Source: Trichlorobacter lovleyi SZ
Lineage (GTDB): Bacteria; Desulfobacterota; Desulfuromonadia; Geobacterales; Pseudopelobacteraceae
Direction: 5' to 3'
DNA: 32,000 nucleotides
Assembly (NCBI RefSeq): GCF_000020385.1
Contig: NC_010814.1
Span: forward strand, 600,001 to 632,000
The notes below the pieces were generated by a model. The model did no database searches, was not told the origin of the DNA, and saw only the letters and a program-made list of their open reading frames with translations. Numbering within the stretch: position 1 is the first letter of the stretch; the number at the start of each line of letters is the position of its first letter. This document shows positions 31,426 to 32,000 of this stretch, in pieces. Position numbers and translations under genes: made by a program.

Positions 31426-31550
31426 ACCGCAGAGGACGTAGAGGTTCGCAGTGTAATAACAGAAGGATATGAATTATCCATGCAAACAAAATGGCAAACG
31501 TTTTTCCGGCCTTTTGATTATCCTCTGTGTTACTCCGTGTCCTCTGTGGT
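31426..31550. repeat. Palindromic element (AGAGG/CCTCT class) between the NifX-like gene and draT
   Basis: Arms 31426-31443 and 31533-31550 are complementary at 14 of 18 positions. AGAGG occurs at 31431 and 31440. CCTCT/ACTCC occurs at 31522, 31532 and 31541. Confidence 0.8.
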
Positions 31551-31576
31551 GAACTGCCTTTTCCAGGTTTGTTAAG

Positions 31577-31909
31577 TTAATACAGCTTGATAACTTCTTT
31601 CAGCACATCAATGATCGGCCCGCTCAGACTTATGATATCAATCCCCAATCGTTCCATCTCCTCTTTCGGGGATTCACCTATCATGGCCGTTACTACCACC
31701 CGGCAGGCGCCTAAACCGCCGGCAATAGCTGCCAGCTTGTCCGCCATCAGGCTGTGCCCCGGACCGGTGCCGCCGCAGTAGGGAGGGGCCTGCACCTCAT
31801 ACAACAGTACAGGCTCTCCTGTCCCTACCTCGAACACTAAAAACCGCTCGGCCTTACCGAAATGGGTATCAATCTGTTTGCCATCGGATGATGTTACGGC
31901 GATCAGCAT
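31577..31909 (-). CDS. NifB/NifX-family (dinitrogenase FeMo-cofactor-binding fold) small protein
   Basis: 110 aa. MLIAVTSSDGKQIDTHFGKAERFLVFEV...ACRVVVTAMIGESPKEEMERLGI fits the Nitro_FeMo-Co family pattern. AAGGAGG lies upstream. Confidence 0.75.
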   Translation of the reverse strand: MLIAVTSSDGKQIDTHFGKAERFLVFEVGTGEPVLLYEVQAPPYCGGTGPGHSLMADKLAAIAGGLGACRVVVTAMIGESPKEEMERLGIDIISLSGPIIDVLKEVIKLY

Positions 31910-32000
31910 GATGAGCCTCCTTGTGTACCGCCGAAGGTCTTGTTGCTACAGTGATGCCGATTCAAACGAGAAACATTTCTTCGGGCAGGTCCGGCCACAG

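Noticed and set aside
31962-32000. A minus-strand frame ending …LWPDLPEEMFLV* just upstream of the NifX-like gene.
   Set aside because: Only 12 codons are visible, which cannot support a feature.
1-32000. A search by eye for CRISPR arrays, tRNA or rRNA genes, integrases or recombinases, reverse transcriptases and restriction or other defence enzymes.
   Set aside because: No regularly spaced direct repeats, no tRNA-like T-arm or acceptor signatures and no such protein motifs were found. Apart from higBA, the window shows no recognisable defence genes. A covariance-model scan (tRNAscan-SE, Infernal) would be needed to exclude small RNAs.

Overview
All homology calls come from reading the ORF translations and recognising motifs. 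No searches were run.

By eye the window is about 55-60% GC and mostly chromosomal core. Its gene content resembles a Geobacter/Desulfuromonadales-type deltaproteobacterium, which is an inference.

Gene order, left to right:
1. 83-3795 (+): a GT4 glycosyltransferase, an Lgt-like membrane protein and an all-helical unknown.
2. 3796-5955: a visibly AT-richer accessory islet. It holds a higBA toxin-antitoxin pair, a 5'-truncated IS4-family transposase inside a 1,055-bp segment bracketed by 24-bp inverted repeats, and a small membrane ORF.
3. 5956-14953 (-): a tightly packed five-gene string.
   - a methyl-accepting chemotaxis protein (MCP)
   - a PAS-GGDEF(degenerate)-EAL-CBS2-GGDDF protein
   - a predicted pseudokinase fused to periplasmic PstS-like and OmpA-like domains
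   - methylglyoxal synthase
   - an FRG-domain protein
4. 15182-18402 (+): a zinc-ribbon mini-protein, a 31-codon ORF, an alpha/beta hydrolase and a GH3-family adenylating enzyme.
5. 18486-24920 (+): a complete pstS-pstC-pstA-pstB-phoU phosphate-uptake operon with long-form PstC and PstA.
6. 25096-28435: a secreted His/Met-rich protein, a CoA-binding protein, an MqnE-like radical-SAM enzyme and a CheR-like methyltransferase.
7. 28441-30597: msrP preceded by a secreted Met/Lys-rich mini-protein, with a divergent Crp/Fnr regulator.
8. 30604-31909 (-): a DraT-family ADP-ribosyltransferase and a NifX/NifB-family protein.

No rRNA, tRNA or CRISPR array was seen.

Most notable:
- A phosphate-themed signalling operon centred on the pseudokinase-PstS-OmpA fusion, directly upstream of mgsA (whose product is phosphate-inhibited).
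- A Met-rich periplasmic peptide plus an msrP with no adjacent msrQ, with a palindromic Crp-type site upstream.
- A set of roughly 100-180-bp imperfect palindromes built from short motifs phased every 9-10 nt. They sit in at least six intergenic gaps, including two of the four pst operon junctions; a third junction (pstS-pstC) holds a different hairpin cluster.
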